Assembly (NCBI GenBank): GCA_051013385.1
Contig: CP143273.1
Coordinates: forward strand, 992,001-1,056,000
DNA: 64,000 bases
Direction: 5' to 3'
Origin: Phormidium sp.
GTDB taxonomy: Bacteria; Cyanobacteriota; Cyanobacteriia; Cyanobacteriales; Aerosakkonemataceae
In this document: in pieces, positions 19,167-29,234 of the stretch
Numbering within the stretch: the stretch's first letter is position 1
How the letters are laid out: each line of letters begins with the position of its first letter
The notes under the pieces: generated by a model
What the model was told of the DNA's origin: nothing
The model's input: only the letters and a program-made list of their open reading frames with translations
The model's database searches: none
Made by a program: the position numbers and the translations under genes

Positions 19167-20546
19167 TCAATTGAGGTTTTTATTTAATTTTTGCATTAAA
19201 TTAGGTTCTTCTCCAGAAGAAGGAGAAAGCCGATTATTTTGCCACTGGATGAACTTAATATAATCTCCTTCAAACTGCTCTCCTTTTAACATTCGATTCC
19301 AATAAATCCAAGGTAAAAGAGTTGTTTTCATCTGCCACATAATCCAACGTTCTTTAATTGGATTAAGGGGAAAGCTAGACAGCACTGTTCCAGTATAACC
19401 ATCAAATTCAGCCATGATTGTTTTACCATAGCCAGTAATTAAAGGACAACAAGTATAACCATCATATTTACTTAATAAAGGTTGTGAGTCCATTAAAGCT
19501 AACAAATTTTCGGCTACAATTACTGCTTGTTTGCGTGCTGCTGCTGCTGTCTTGGAAGTAGGCAGGGAAGAAGCATCTCCTAAACTAAATACATTGGGAT
19601 ATTGATTGTGTTGTAACGAATATTTATCTACATCTACCCAACCATAAGGACTATTCGCTACTGCCAAAGGGCTTTTTTTAATAAAGTCAGGGGCGCTTTG
19701 TGGTGGTACAACGTGAATTATTTCGTACTTGTGGGTAACTTCATCCGCTACTGTGCCGTTAGCATCAAAAACATCAAAAACCGCTTCTTTAATTTCCGCT
19801 TTAATTTCTTTCAAATTGTGCCGAAATTTAACATCAATTTCCCGATCGGCAACAACTTTATCTAATAGTGCTGAATATTCTGGCACAGCAAACATTTTAG
19901 TTGCTGGCGTAAGAAACATGACGTTAGTGCGCTGACGAACTCCGAATTTACTGCGGAAGGTGTCATCTGCCATGTACATGATTTTTTGGGGCGCACCGCC
20001 ACATTTAACAGGAGTCTTTGGAAAGGTAAATAAAGCATTTCCACCTGAGAAATTTTTGATTAGTTCCCAAGTGTAAGGTGCGTAATTAGGAGCATAGTTA
20101 CTGGTAACACCATTTTTGCCGATCGCTTCTTTCAACCCTTTAATTAAATGCCAGTCCAGCTGGATGCCGGGACAAACAATTAAATAATCATACTCAACCA
20201 AAATACCCTCTTGGGTCACAACAACATTGTTATCTGGGTCTAGTTTCACTACTCGATCTGCGATCCAAGTCGCTTGTCGAGGAATAAAATCTTTTTTATC
20301 TCTAACTGTATCTTCAATTTGGAATACTCCTCCGCCTGTCATCGTCCAACCAGGTTGGTAGTATTGTTTGTGGGATGGCTCAATAATGGCAATATCTAGA
20401 GATTTGTTTTTTTTCAATAATATAGAGGCGGTGGTAAGTCCGGCAGATCCACCCCCAATAAAAACAATTTGGTGGTGCAGTCTCTTTGTAATGATAAGTG
20501 TTGCAGACGAGGAAGTTTCAGAATCCTGGGAAGTTAATTTTACCAT
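19167..20546 (-). CDS. sqr: Sulfide:quinone oxidoreductase (type II-like)
   Basis: GGGSAG FAD fold, YYQPGWT, PVKCGGAPQK, LGD, YDGYTCCPL; next to persulfide dioxygenase, YeeE and SulP genes. Confidence 0.88.
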   Translation of the reverse strand: MVKLTSQDSETSSSATLIITKRLHHQIVFIGGGSAGLTTASILLKKNKSLDIAIIEPSHKQYYQPGWTMTGGGVFQIEDTVRDKKDFIPRQATWIADRVVKLDPDNNVVVTQEGILVEYDYLIVCPGIQLDWHLIKGLKEAIGKNGVTSNYAPNYAPYTWELIKNFSGGNALFTFPKTPVKCGGAPQKIMYMADDTFRSKFGVRQRTNVMFLTPATKMFAVPEYSALLDKVVADREIDVKFRHNLKEIKAEIKEAVFDVFDANGTVADEVTHKYEIIHVVPPQSAPDFIKKSPLAVANSPYGWVDVDKYSLQHNQYPNVFSLGDASSLPTSKTAAAARKQAVIVAENLLALMDSQPLLSKYDGYTCCPLITGYGKTIMAEFDGYTGTVLSSFPLNPIKERWIMWQMKTTLLPWIYWNRMLKGEQFEGDYIKFIQWQNNRLSPSSGEEPNLMQKLNKNLN

Positions 20547-20599
20547 GAGTAGTTTTTTTGTTATGAGGTTGACGATCGCTAGCTAATAAGGTTCTGGCG

Positions 20600-20728
20600 C
20601 AATACTGCTCGGGTTTTGGGTAGGGGCGAAGCATTCGGGCGATAACTTTTGGCTCAAACCCTACTAGATTTTCTGCTCCGTTTGCTTCGCCCCTACAAAG
20701 GCAAAAAATACTTAACCGAGCAGTATTC
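20600..20728. mobile_element. CAATAC-ended MITE (IS4/Nezha-like), copy 1
   Basis: TIR CAATACTGCTCGG; 10-bp TSD GGTTCTGGCG/GGTTCTGGCA; internal GTAGGGGCGAAGCA palindrome. Confidence 0.85.
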
Positions 20729-20757
20729 GGTTCTGGCAGGTTCTGTAAATCCATTTA

Positions 20758-20877
20758 CTTAGATCTTGCACCATTCTCAACAAGGCTGAAAAAACCGGGT
20801 TTCTTTATGAAAAATAAGGCTTTCAGGTTTAGCTATTTGCTCACCTCCCAGCTTTTAGCCCTGGTGCAAAATCTAAG
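20758..20877. mobile_element. CTNAGATCTTGCACC-ended MITE, copy 1
   Basis: TIR of about 15 bp; 4-bp TSD TTTA; homologous to 24439-24559 and 33710-33830. Confidence 0.85.
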
Positions 20878-20929
20878 TTTACGCCCGCTGCCAAGTTTTT
20901 TATTGCTATTGTCAAATTGTAAAACCTAA

Positions 20930-20945
20930 ATTACTATATAGCAAT
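20930..20945. promoter_or_regulatory. Palindromic operator candidate upstream of the persulfide dioxygenase operon
   Basis: ATTACTAT-ATAGCAAT (7/8 palindrome); extra half-site ATTGCTAT at 20902. Confidence 0.45.
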
Positions 20946-21004
20946 ATAAGCAAGCAATAAATTTGCCTTGCCAACAATTTTAGGCCCAAAAGGAGTCTCT
21001 AGAT

Positions 21005-21709
21005 ATGTTATTCCGCCAATTATACGACAATGAAACCAGTACTTATACTTATTTAATTGCTGATGAAAACACCAAAGAAGCAGTTTTGGTAGATCCGGTA
21101 ATTGAGCAAGTCGAACGAGATTTAAAGCTAATTCAAGAATTAGGGTTAAAATTGCGCTATTGTTTGGAAACTCACATTCATGCCGATCATATTACGGGAA
21201 CAGGTAAGTTACGAGAAATCACGGGTTGTGATGGAATAGTGCCAGCAAATGCCCAAGCAGCTTGTGCTAATGGCTTTATTAAAGATGGGGAAGTATTAAA
21301 AGTAGGTAATCTTGAAATTTTGGCGATCGCTACTTTAGGACATACTGATAGCCATAACTCTTACTTAGTCAATCAAAATATATTGCTGACTGGAGATTCT
21401 CTATTTATTCGCGGTTGTGGAAGAACTGATTTTCAAAGCGGAGATCCGGGTTTAATGTACGACCATGTTACGCAAAAACTATTCACCCTACCAAATGAAA
21501 CCTTAGTTTATCCTGGTCATGATTACAGAGGGCATTTAGTTTCCACAATAGGGGAAGAAAAGCAATATAATCCCCGGTTTATTGGTAAAGATCGGGCGAG
21601 TTTTATTGAACAAATGAATAACTTAAATTTGCCGAATCCGAAGAAAATTGCCGAAGCTGTTCCAGCTAATCAAAAATGTGGAAATATCCCGGTAATGGCA
21701 GAAGTTTGA
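21005..21709 (+). CDS. Persulfide dioxygenase (ETHE1-like MBL-fold protein)
   Basis: ETHIHADH, GHT, TGDSLFIRGCGRTDFQ, YPGHDY, AVPAN..CG. Confidence 0.92.
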   Translation: MLFRQLYDNETSTYTYLIADENTKEAVLVDPVIEQVERDLKLIQELGLKLRYCLETHIHADHITGTGKLREITGCDGIVPANAQAACANGFIKDGEVLKVGNLEILAIATLGHTDSHNSYLVNQNILLTGDSLFIRGCGRTDFQSGDPGLMYDHVTQKLFTLPNETLVYPGHDYRGHLVSTIGEEKQYNPRFIGKDRASFIEQMNNLNLPNPKKIAEAVPANQKCGNIPVMAEV

Positions 21710-21720
21710 GGATTTAGATC

Positions 21721-22149
21721 GTGGTTAGTGTTAACTGGATTTATGCTTTAATTGGTGGGATTCTTATCGGATTAAGTGCCACCCTATTACTAGCATTTAA
21801 TGGTCGAATTGCTGGTATTAGTGGAATTGTCAATGGTGCGATCGCCTTTAACAAGCAAGAGATTTGGCGGTGGATGTTTATATTGGGTATGTTACTGGGT
21901 GGTATATTTTACGAATATGCACTAGCTCCTCAACCAACTCCCAAGTCTACATTCCTACCTTGGGCGATGATTATTGGCGGTTTTCTAGTTGGTTTTGGTA
22001 CGAGAATGGGTAGTGGTTGCACTAGCGGTCATGGAGTATGCGGATTAGGTAGATTATCTGTGCGATCGCTAGTAGCAGTTTTCACTTTTATGATTACTGC
22101 GATTCTCACAGTTTTTGTTGTCCGTCATGTTCTATATTTAAGTATATGA
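21721..22149 (+). CDS. YeeE/YedE-family sulfur transport membrane protein
   Basis: NGRIAGISG, GTRMGSGCTSGHGVCG. Confidence 0.9.
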   Translation: MVSVNWIYALIGGILIGLSATLLLAFNGRIAGISGIVNGAIAFNKQEIWRWMFILGMLLGGIFYEYALAPQPTPKSTFLPWAMIIGGFLVGFGTRMGSGCTSGHGVCGLGRLSVRSLVAVFTFMITAILTVFVVRHVLYLSI

Positions 22150-22559
22150 AAGAGAAGCTAATAGCCTTGTTTTCAGGAGTGCTATTTGGTTTGGGATTGG
22201 GGCTTTCACAGATGATCGATCGCGATCGTGTGCTGGGTTTTTTAGATGTTGCTGGTGCTTGGGATGCAACATTATTGTTTGTGTTGGGTGGTGCAGTTAC
22301 GGTAACACTAATTAACTTCCGATTTGTATTACGTATGACTCACCCAATATTTGCTGACACATTTAATTTACCCACTAAAAAACATATCGACAAACCTTTA
22401 GTTATTGGTGCTGCTATTTTCGGCATTGGTTGGGGAATTTGTGGATATTGTCCTGGGCCTGGTATCACTGCTTTAGTGTTAGGTAGTTGGAACCAAGTTT
22501 TGTTTTTAGTAGCGTTTATTATAGGTTCCTTAGCTTATAAATACCTCTCTGTTAAATAA
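22146..22559 (+). CDS. YeeE/YedE-family (DUF6691-like) membrane protein
   Basis: VLGFLD..G.WD, GIGWGICGYCPGP; ATGA overlap with the previous gene. Confidence 0.88.
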   Translation: MKEKLIALFSGVLFGLGLGLSQMIDRDRVLGFLDVAGAWDATLLFVLGGAVTVTLINFRFVLRMTHPIFADTFNLPTKKHIDKPLVIGAAIFGIGWGICGYCPGPGITALVLGSWNQVLFLVAFIIGSLAYKYLSVK

Positions 22560-22582
22560 TTCTAGCGGTTGATAAAAAGACA

Positions 22583-24352
22583 ATGATTGCACGATCGCAA
22601 CAGCAAAAATGGTTTCATAATTGGAGTCGATTTTTCCCTATTTTAGATTGGAGTTTACACTATCAACGCAAATATTTGGCTGGTGATTTAACAGCTGGAA
22701 TTGTTGTTGGTACTGTCTTGATTCCGCAAGCAATGGCTTATGCTTTGTTAGCAGGTTTACCGCCGCAAATAGGCTTATATGCTAGTATCTTGCCTCCATT
22801 AGTTTATGCGTTTCTTGGCACCAGTCGTCTGATTTCAGTTGCTCCTGTAGCTTTAGATTCACTCATGGTTGGTGCAGCAATTGCTCCATTAGCAGCTGAA
22901 AATACGCCAGAATATTTAGGATTGGCATTGTTGCTGGCGCTAACGATCGGTGCGATCGATATTTTAATGGGTGTCTTTCGGTTAGGATTTTTGGTGAATT
23001 TTCTTAGCCAAGCGGTAATTTCTGGTTTTATTAGTGCAGCTGCGATCGTTATTGCTTTTAGCCAAGTTAAACATTTATTAGGATTAAAGGTTCCGCAAAC
23101 TGAAAGTTTTGTTCAGTTATTAACTTATTTAATTCAAGGAATTACTGCAATTAATTGGGTTACGCTAACTTTAGGCACTGCCAGCATTTTAATGTTGATT
23201 TATTTGCCAAAATGGTTAGGCAAACAACTTCAAAAATTAGAATTTAGTGAATTGGCAATCATGCCAATTACTAAAAGTGCGCCACTTCTCTTAGTAGTTG
23301 CCAGTTCGTTACTAGTTTGGTTTTTCCACCTCGATCAAATTGCTGGAATAAAAGTTGTTGGCGAAATTCCTAAAGGCTTACCATCTTTAACCTTTCCTAG
23401 TCTTAATGCAAATACGATTAATAGTTTAATACCTGCTGCTGTTGCAATCAGTTTTGTGGGTTTTATGGAAGCATATTCAGTTGGGAAATTTTTGGCTAGT
23501 AAGCGACGGCAAAAAGTTGATGCCAATCAAGAGTTTATTGCTTTAGGAGCAGCGAATATTAGTGCAGCTTTAACAGGAGGTTATCCGGTTGCTGGAGGCG
23601 TAAGTCGATCGGGTGTTAACTTTTCTGCTGGTGCTAATACTCCTTTAGCGTCAATAATTACGGCATTAATTGTTGCACTTACGGTGATGTTTTTAACGCC
23701 GTTGTTTTATTTCTTACCTCAAGCTTGTTTAGCGGCAATTATTATAATGGCTGTTAGCAATCTTCTGGATATTGCAACACTGAAACGCTTATGGGTGTAT
23801 AATAAAGCTGATGCGATCGCTTGGATAGCAGCATTTATTGCCGTCCTAGTAACCAGTGTAGAAAAGGGAATTTTATTCGGTGCGATCGTATCAATTCTAT
23901 TGCACTTATGGCGTACTAGTAAACCTCATATTGCCGTTGTTGGTAGAGTGGGAAATACTGAACATTTCCGTAATATTTTGCGTCATAATGTTAAAACTTG
24001 CCCTCATGTTTTAGCTGTTCGGGTTGATGCCAGCCTTTACTTCGTGAATACCAAGTATTTGGAAGATTACTTACTTAAGGTAGTAAACGATCGCCCGGAG
24101 GTGAAACATCTATTATTGGTATGTAGTGCAGTTAATTCGATCGATGGTAGCGCTTTGGAAACACTAAAAAGTTTGATTCTTGACTTAAAGGCTAGGGGAA
24201 TTGAATTTTATATGTCTGAAGTCAAAGGTCCAGTAATCGATGGATTGCTAAAAGTTGGATTTGTAGATGAATTAGGGAAAGATCATATATTCTTAACTAC
24301 CGATCAAGCAATAAAATCATTAGACATGAAAGATGGAGATTGGGAAATATGA
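22583..24352 (+). CDS. sulP: SulP-family anion transporter with STAS domain
   Basis: GDLTAG, PQAMAYALLAGLPP, NQEFIALG, C-terminal STAS (RVDASLYF, IDGSAL). Confidence 0.93.
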   Translation: MIARSQQQKWFHNWSRFFPILDWSLHYQRKYLAGDLTAGIVVGTVLIPQAMAYALLAGLPPQIGLYASILPPLVYAFLGTSRLISVAPVALDSLMVGAAIAPLAAENTPEYLGLALLLALTIGAIDILMGVFRLGFLVNFLSQAVISGFISAAAIVIAFSQVKHLLGLKVPQTESFVQLLTYLIQGITAINWVTLTLGTASILMLIYLPKWLGKQLQKLEFSELAIMPITKSAPLLLVVASSLLVWFFHLDQIAGIKVVGEIPKGLPSLTFPSLNANTINSLIPAAVAISFVGFMEAYSVGKFLASKRRQKVDANQEFIALGAANISAALTGGYPVAGGVSRSGVNFSAGANTPLASIITALIVALTVMFLTPLFYFLPQACLAAIIIMAVSNLLDIATLKRLWVYNKADAIAWIAAFIAVLVTSVEKGILFGAIVSILLHLWRTSKPHIAVVGRVGNTEHFRNILRHNVKTCPHVLAVRVDASLYFVNTKYLEDYLLKVVNDRPEVKHLLLVCSAVNSIDGSALETLKSLILDLKARGIEFYMSEVKGPVIDGLLKVGFVDELGKDHIFLTTDQAIKSLDMKDGDWEI

Positions 24353-24438
24353 GTAGACCGAAAACTTTTGTAAGTTGACGAAACCATAAGGGTTTGGGGC
24401 GACGTTTTTGGGACTCTCTTGCGCTCTTGCGATCGCAA

Positions 24439-24559
24439 CTCAGATCTTGCACCCGGGCTAAAAACCGGGTTTCTTGCAAATAGCTAAATCTGAAAGCCCA
24501 GATTTTTCGTTCATAACCCGGTTTGTCAAGTCTTGTTGAGAATGGTGCTCTTATCTCAG
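24439..24559. mobile_element. CTNAGATCTTGCACC-ended MITE, copy 2 (next to an AGTAGACCGAAAA IS-end remnant at 24352)
   Basis: TIR; 4-bp TSD GCAA. Confidence 0.85.
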
Positions 24560-24602
24560 GCAAGAGAGACTATCTACAAACCTGGTTCATTTCTTTAACT
24601 TG

Positions 24603-27600
24603 TCACCAATGGATCGCACCCAGCATTTGCAAGGTAGCGATCGTCGCTGGAGTTAAACCTTTAACCCCCGTCAACTTCATCCCTTCGTAAAGACGTTTAG
24701 CGATTAAAATGCGATCGCATTCTCCCATATCAGTATTCCAAATGCGAACCGTTTGATCTTGGGAACCACTGGCGATCGCTTTTCCATCAGGACTAAAAGC
24801 AACTGAAGAAACCAAATGAGAATGTCCCATGTAAACATTGATACACTGACCTGATTTGACATCCCAGCGACGCACTGTTCGATCGTGGGAAGCACTAGCG
24901 AGGGTTTGTCCATCGGGACTAAAAGCAACGGAAAACACCCAGTTGGTATGTCCGGTAAAGGTTGTGAGACACACTTCTATTGTCCAGTCCCATAGTTTGA
25001 CAGTGCGATCGGTACTAGAACTAGCAAGTGTCCTTCCATCAGGACTGAATGCAACTGAATAAACACGATTTGTATGTCCATCCAGAACTGTGATGCAATC
25101 CCCTGAGTGATAATCCCATAATCGAATAGTTTGATCAGCACTGGCAGTTGCTATGATTTGTCCATCAGGACTAAAAGCAATTCCTTGAATTTTATCGCTA
25201 TGTCCAGTCAGGGTTTTTAAGCATTGCCCTGTTTGCCAATTCCATACCTTCAAAGTACAATCGGCACTACCACTGGCAACAGTAAGATGTTCAGGATGAA
25301 AAGCAACTGCATACACCCAATCTGCATGACTTTGGAGAATTTGGAAACATTGACCAGTATTGACCTTCCACAACCTGACTGTACAATCAGTGCTAGCAGT
25401 CGCTAAAATCTGTCCATCTGCACTAAAAGCGAGTCCATAGATAAAGTCGGTATGTCCAGACAAACTGCGGATACAATCACCAGTCTGCCAATCCCACAAT
25501 TTTACAGTTTTGTCATTGCTGCCACTAGCCAATATTCCCCCTGAGTCCCCCTTACTAAGGGGGGATGGGGGGATCGGACTAAAGCTAACAGGAAGTGCCC
25601 AATCTGTGTTGCCATACCAAGATTTTAAACAATGTCCGCTTTGGTAATTCCACAACCGCACAGTTTGATCTAAACTGACACAAGCAATAGTTTGCTCGTC
25701 GGGGCTAAAGGCAACACAGCACACTTCATTAGTTTGTCCATATAATGTTTTGACACAATTATCGCTATAACAATCCCAGAATTTGACTGTGCGATCGCCA
25801 CTGCCACTGACAATTAAATCACCTGTCGGACTGAAAGCAATTGAATAGACACTACCTTGATGTCCGGTGTAAGTTCTTAAACATTCTCCTGTCTGATAAT
25901 CCCAAAGTTTGATGGTGCGATCGCTACTAGAACTCGCCAAAACCTCACCATCAGGACTAAAAACTACAGAACGCACCCACCCAGAATGCCCTTTTAGAAG
26001 TTTTGAGTTTTGAGTTTTGAGTTCTAAATTATCATCTTTATTATCATCTTCTCCCCTGTGTTCCCCATCTCCCACTTCCCACAACCTAATGGTATGATCT
26101 GCTGCACCACTAGCCAGGATTTTACCGTCTGGACTGAAGGCGACTGAACGCACCCAGTCTGTGTGTCCGGTTAGTGTTTGCAAACAATGACCATTGCAGA
26201 TATCCCAAATTTTGATTGTGCGATCGCCACTCGCACTTGCCAAGCTTTGTCCATCCGGGTTATAAGCAACAGCAAAAACCTCATGTTGATGCCCAATAAA
26301 CGTTTTAATGCAAACACCATCTTGCACATTCCACAGCTTTAGAGTGCAGTCCGCGCCACAACTAGCAAGGGTTTTTCCATCTGGACTAAACACTACGAAG
26401 CGCACCCAGTTATTATGACCCTGACAAATTAGTAACAGTTTTCCCGATTTTACTTCCCATATTCTGACATTACAATCAGTGTCGCAGGTTGCTAATAACT
26501 GACTGTTAGGACTGAACGCAACCCATAAAATATTTCCCAAAGTTTCCGTAAAAATACAGCGAGATAAGTCGGAGTTGGTGAAGTCAACATTGTGTAAAGT
26601 AACGCCTTGCAAATAAGCTTGCCAAACAGTTAACCCAGAACAATCAAATCCAGTCAAATCTACACCAGACTGATGCAACAAATTAATCGCATTTCCGGCT
26701 GCATATCCAGTTTCTTTCGGAGGTTTTCCTCGCAGATTGCTCAGAATTTCACTAAGACAAACAGAAATGTTTTCTGAACTTCCTAAACTTGCGGTTAATT
26801 CATCAATAATTGGTTGCAAAATTAAGTTGGCTTGGGTTTCTCGGATATAATCTTTAGCAGTGGCTTTCAGAAGTGCGTGATTGATGAATATTTTAGATAA
26901 AGAGCTTTTTTCTAAGCTGCTGATTTCTGCACAGACTTGTTCAATTAAATGAGTTGTTACATATTCCATAACAACTGGTTGCTGAGTGAAACTAGCATTG
27001 CTTTTTTCGATAATTGACCGCCGTTGTAATGAATTTAAAGATTCCAGAAATTCACGAGGAGGAATAGTTGTAACGAAATCAGCTTGTAACTCTGGTAAGG
27101 TAACAGGTTCTCGATCGATCGCCAACCAATACATAATGGCGCGTTCTAAATCAGTCAATCGCAAGAATTGTTGCGACAACAAATCGCGAATATCATCAAA
27201 CAAAAACGCACTTTGTTGAGTAGTTTCTAAAAAATAAGAAATATTATCATCAAAATAATCGTGAATAGAAGAAGCAACAATTTTCAACGCTAGAGGGTTT
27301 CCCGCATAACGTGAAATCAAAGTTTTCCATTCGGTATCTGTTGCCGTAAATGTGCCTTTAACGTTGAATAAATTGCGCCCAACACCTTCTGGTAAACCGC
27401 TTAATTGCAGCGATCGCGCTGGCAAAGTTTCCCCTTCAAATTTAGCTAATCCTTGGGGTTTTTCACGAGATGTTAAAATTAAACAACTTTGGTGCGATGT
27501 TTCGGCAATTGAACGCAAAAGTTGTCCATAACCTTCGTATCCAGTGTTATAACGCCCCGTGCGATCGCCTGCTTGCAAAATCGATTCCGCATTATCTAAA

Positions 27601-28310
27601 ATCAGTAAACAGCGTGAAGTTCGTAAATAATGGAGTAATCTTGTAATTCTCCCTTCTAAATTCGATGGTAAATTAATTTCCTGTTGCTGGGAAAGAAACT
27701 GAATAATTTCTGTTAAAATCTCTTCCACAGTGGGAGCATTACGGAGCGATCGCCAAATCACATATTCAATGTTAGATTTTGAATGCTCCTCTACTTCTCT
27801 ACTTTCAGCAATTTCTCTCGCCAACTTCACCGATAAAGCCGTTTTCCCAATCCCACCCATTCCCAACAATGTCACCAAACGGCAATTTTCCTCAACTACC
27901 CACTGCCTAACCACACTCAACTCTACTTGACGACCATAAAAAACCGAAACATCAGGCGCATCACCCCAATCCTGAAGCATTTCATTGACCGATTTTCCTT
28001 CCTCCCCTCTGCCCCCCTGCTCCTCTGCCCCCCTGCTCCCCTGCCCCTCTGTAACCTCCTCCCAGTTCAACCCAAGTACTTGACAATACGCTTTGAACGC
28101 CTCTGCATTGATGGGATATTTTCCAGCTAAGAAGCGTTTCCAAGTTCCTTCGGAAATGCCTATAGCAAGAGCTCCATCCTCTGCCCAAGAAGCACCTAAA
28201 ATTGCACTGGCTGTCTCAATCCAACGGAAATCGCTGACAGCCCAACCTTTCTCGCTTCTAGCTTTTTTAATGTACGCAAGACCTTGTTGTGAAGCTTTGA
28301 GTGTTACCAC
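24603..28310 (-). CDS. STAND protein: N-terminal HTH-like domain, NB-ARC, pentapeptide-like linker, about 14 WD40 repeats
   Basis: DWGDAPD, GMGGIGKT Walker A, LLILDN Walker B, TSRE, GNPLAL, many GH...VAFSPDG...WD repeats. Confidence 0.93.
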   Translation of the reverse strand: MVTLKASQQGLAYIKKARSEKGWAVSDFRWIETASAILGASWAEDGALAIGISEGTWKRFLAGKYPINAEAFKAYCQVLGLNWEEVTEGQGSRGAEEQGGRGEEGKSVNEMLQDWGDAPDVSVFYGRQVELSVVRQWVVEENCRLVTLLGMGGIGKTALSVKLAREIAESREVEEHSKSNIEYVIWRSLRNAPTVEEILTEIIQFLSQQQEINLPSNLEGRITRLLHYLRTSRCLLILDNAESILQAGDRTGRYNTGYEGYGQLLRSIAETSHQSCLILTSREKPQGLAKFEGETLPARSLQLSGLPEGVGRNLFNVKGTFTATDTEWKTLISRYAGNPLALKIVASSIHDYFDDNISYFLETTQQSAFLFDDIRDLLSQQFLRLTDLERAIMYWLAIDREPVTLPELQADFVTTIPPREFLESLNSLQRRSIIEKSNASFTQQPVVMEYVTTHLIEQVCAEISSLEKSSLSKIFINHALLKATAKDYIRETQANLILQPIIDELTASLGSSENISVCLSEILSNLRGKPPKETGYAAGNAINLLHQSGVDLTGFDCSGLTVWQAYLQGVTLHNVDFTNSDLSRCIFTETLGNILWVAFSPNSQLLATCDTDCNVRIWEVKSGKLLLICQGHNNWVRFVVFSPDGKTLASCGADCTLKLWNVQDGVCIKTFIGHQHEVFAVAYNPDGQSLASASGDRTIKIWDICNGHCLQTLTGHTDWVRSVAFSPDGKILASGAADHTIRLWEVGDGEHRGEDDNKDDNLELKTQNSKLLKGHSGWVRSVVFSPDGEVLASSSSDRTIKLWDYQTGECLRTYTGHQGSVYSIAFSPTGDLIVSGSGDRTVKFWDCYSDNCVKTLYGQTNEVCCVAFSPDEQTIACVSLDQTVRLWNYQSGHCLKSWYGNTDWALPVSFSPIPPSPLSKGDSGGILASGSNDKTVKLWDWQTGDCIRSLSGHTDFIYGLAFSADGQILATASTDCTVRLWKVNTGQCFQILQSHADWVYAVAFHPEHLTVASGSADCTLKVWNWQTGQCLKTLTGHSDKIQGIAFSPDGQIIATASADQTIRLWDYHSGDCITVLDGHTNRVYSVAFSPDGRTLASSSTDRTVKLWDWTIEVCLTTFTGHTNWVFSVAFSPDGQTLASASHDRTVRRWDVKSGQCINVYMGHSHLVSSVAFSPDGKAIASGSQDQTVRIWNTDMGECDRILIAKRLYEGMKLTGVKGLTPATIATLQMLGAIHW

Positions 28311-28429
28311 AATCTTTTTCCACCAACTGTGTCTAATTGTTACGGAAGATAGAGCTTAGATTTTTTATGTTTAAACTAATTTGCCAGATTTTCTGTTGAT
28401 GTGCAATACCATATTTAAGCTTTAATAGA

Positions 28430-28473
28430 CAAGATCAATTTCGCTAAACTTAGATTGATCCATCACTGATCTT
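28430..28473 (+). promoter_or_regulatory. Tripartite AYTGATCY operator candidate, copy A
   Basis: CAAGATCAAT...ATTGATCCATCACTGATCTT; aligns with 59065-59107. Confidence 0.55.
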
Positions 28474-28539
28474 GATAATAGTAATAATATTAACCAGTAT
28501 TTTAGCTGATGACCCTTAAACATAGAAGATGAAAAGCCA

Positions 28540-29136
28540 ATGATGAAGTTATATCACACTGAATTGTCAGGAAATTGTCACAAAGTTAGGTTAATGCTGT
28601 CATTGCTACAAATAGAGCATGAAAGAATATTAATTGATTTGGCAAGTGGTGAACATAAATCCGCTGACTTTCTGGAGAGCAATCCTCTTGGGCAGGTTCC
28701 TGTTTTAATGGATGGAGATACCTTAATTCGAGATTCCCAGGCTATTCTGGTTTATCTAACGCGCAAATATAAACGGGAAGATTGGCTACCATTAGAAGCT
28801 GAATCTATGGCAAAAGTTATGCAGTGGTTGTCATTTGCAGCTAATGAAATTAATTCCAGCTTATTTATTGCCCGACTTCATTTTCGCTTTGGCATGGATT
28901 TTGATTGGGAAACGGCGCAACAAAAGGGTAAACAAGTGCTGCAAATAATAGATACTCATCTAAAAGAGCGAAATTGGTTGGAGTGTAATTCTGCTACCAT
29001 TGCAGATATCGCTTGTTATCCTTATGTAGGATTGGCTCCCGAAGGTAAAGTTGCTTTAGAGCCTTACCCAAATATAATTGCTTGGCTCGATCACATTAAA
29101 CAATTACCTGGTTACGAAGTTATGCCTGGACTTTAG
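28540..29136 (+). CDS. Glutathione S-transferase family protein
   Basis: SGNCHKVRL, NPLGQVPVL, DSQAILVYL, TIADIA. Confidence 0.93.
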   Translation: MMKLYHTELSGNCHKVRLMLSLLQIEHERILIDLASGEHKSADFLESNPLGQVPVLMDGDTLIRDSQAILVYLTRKYKREDWLPLEAESMAKVMQWLSFAANEINSSLFIARLHFRFGMDFDWETAQQKGKQVLQIIDTHLKERNWLECNSATIADIACYPYVGLAPEGKVALEPYPNIIAWLDHIKQLPGYEVMPGL

Positions 29137-29234
29137 AATAAAAAGGAGAGTTTTGTATTTTGAGTTACGGAAATCTCAGTTATTTTTAATCTTTTGTTTG
29201 TAATGTAGTAAGTAGCAAATAATTAATTAATGCA

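Noticed and set aside
20518..20754. 78-aa ORF upstream of sqr (similarly 24297-24563 and 59213-59413)
   Set aside because: Made largely of MITE sequence
24603..28310. NB-ARC/WD40 protein as an anti-phage NLR-like defence gene
   Set aside because: No nuclease, TIR or other effector domain recognised, and the context (divergent GST, operator-like motif) fits a regulator better; not fully excluded
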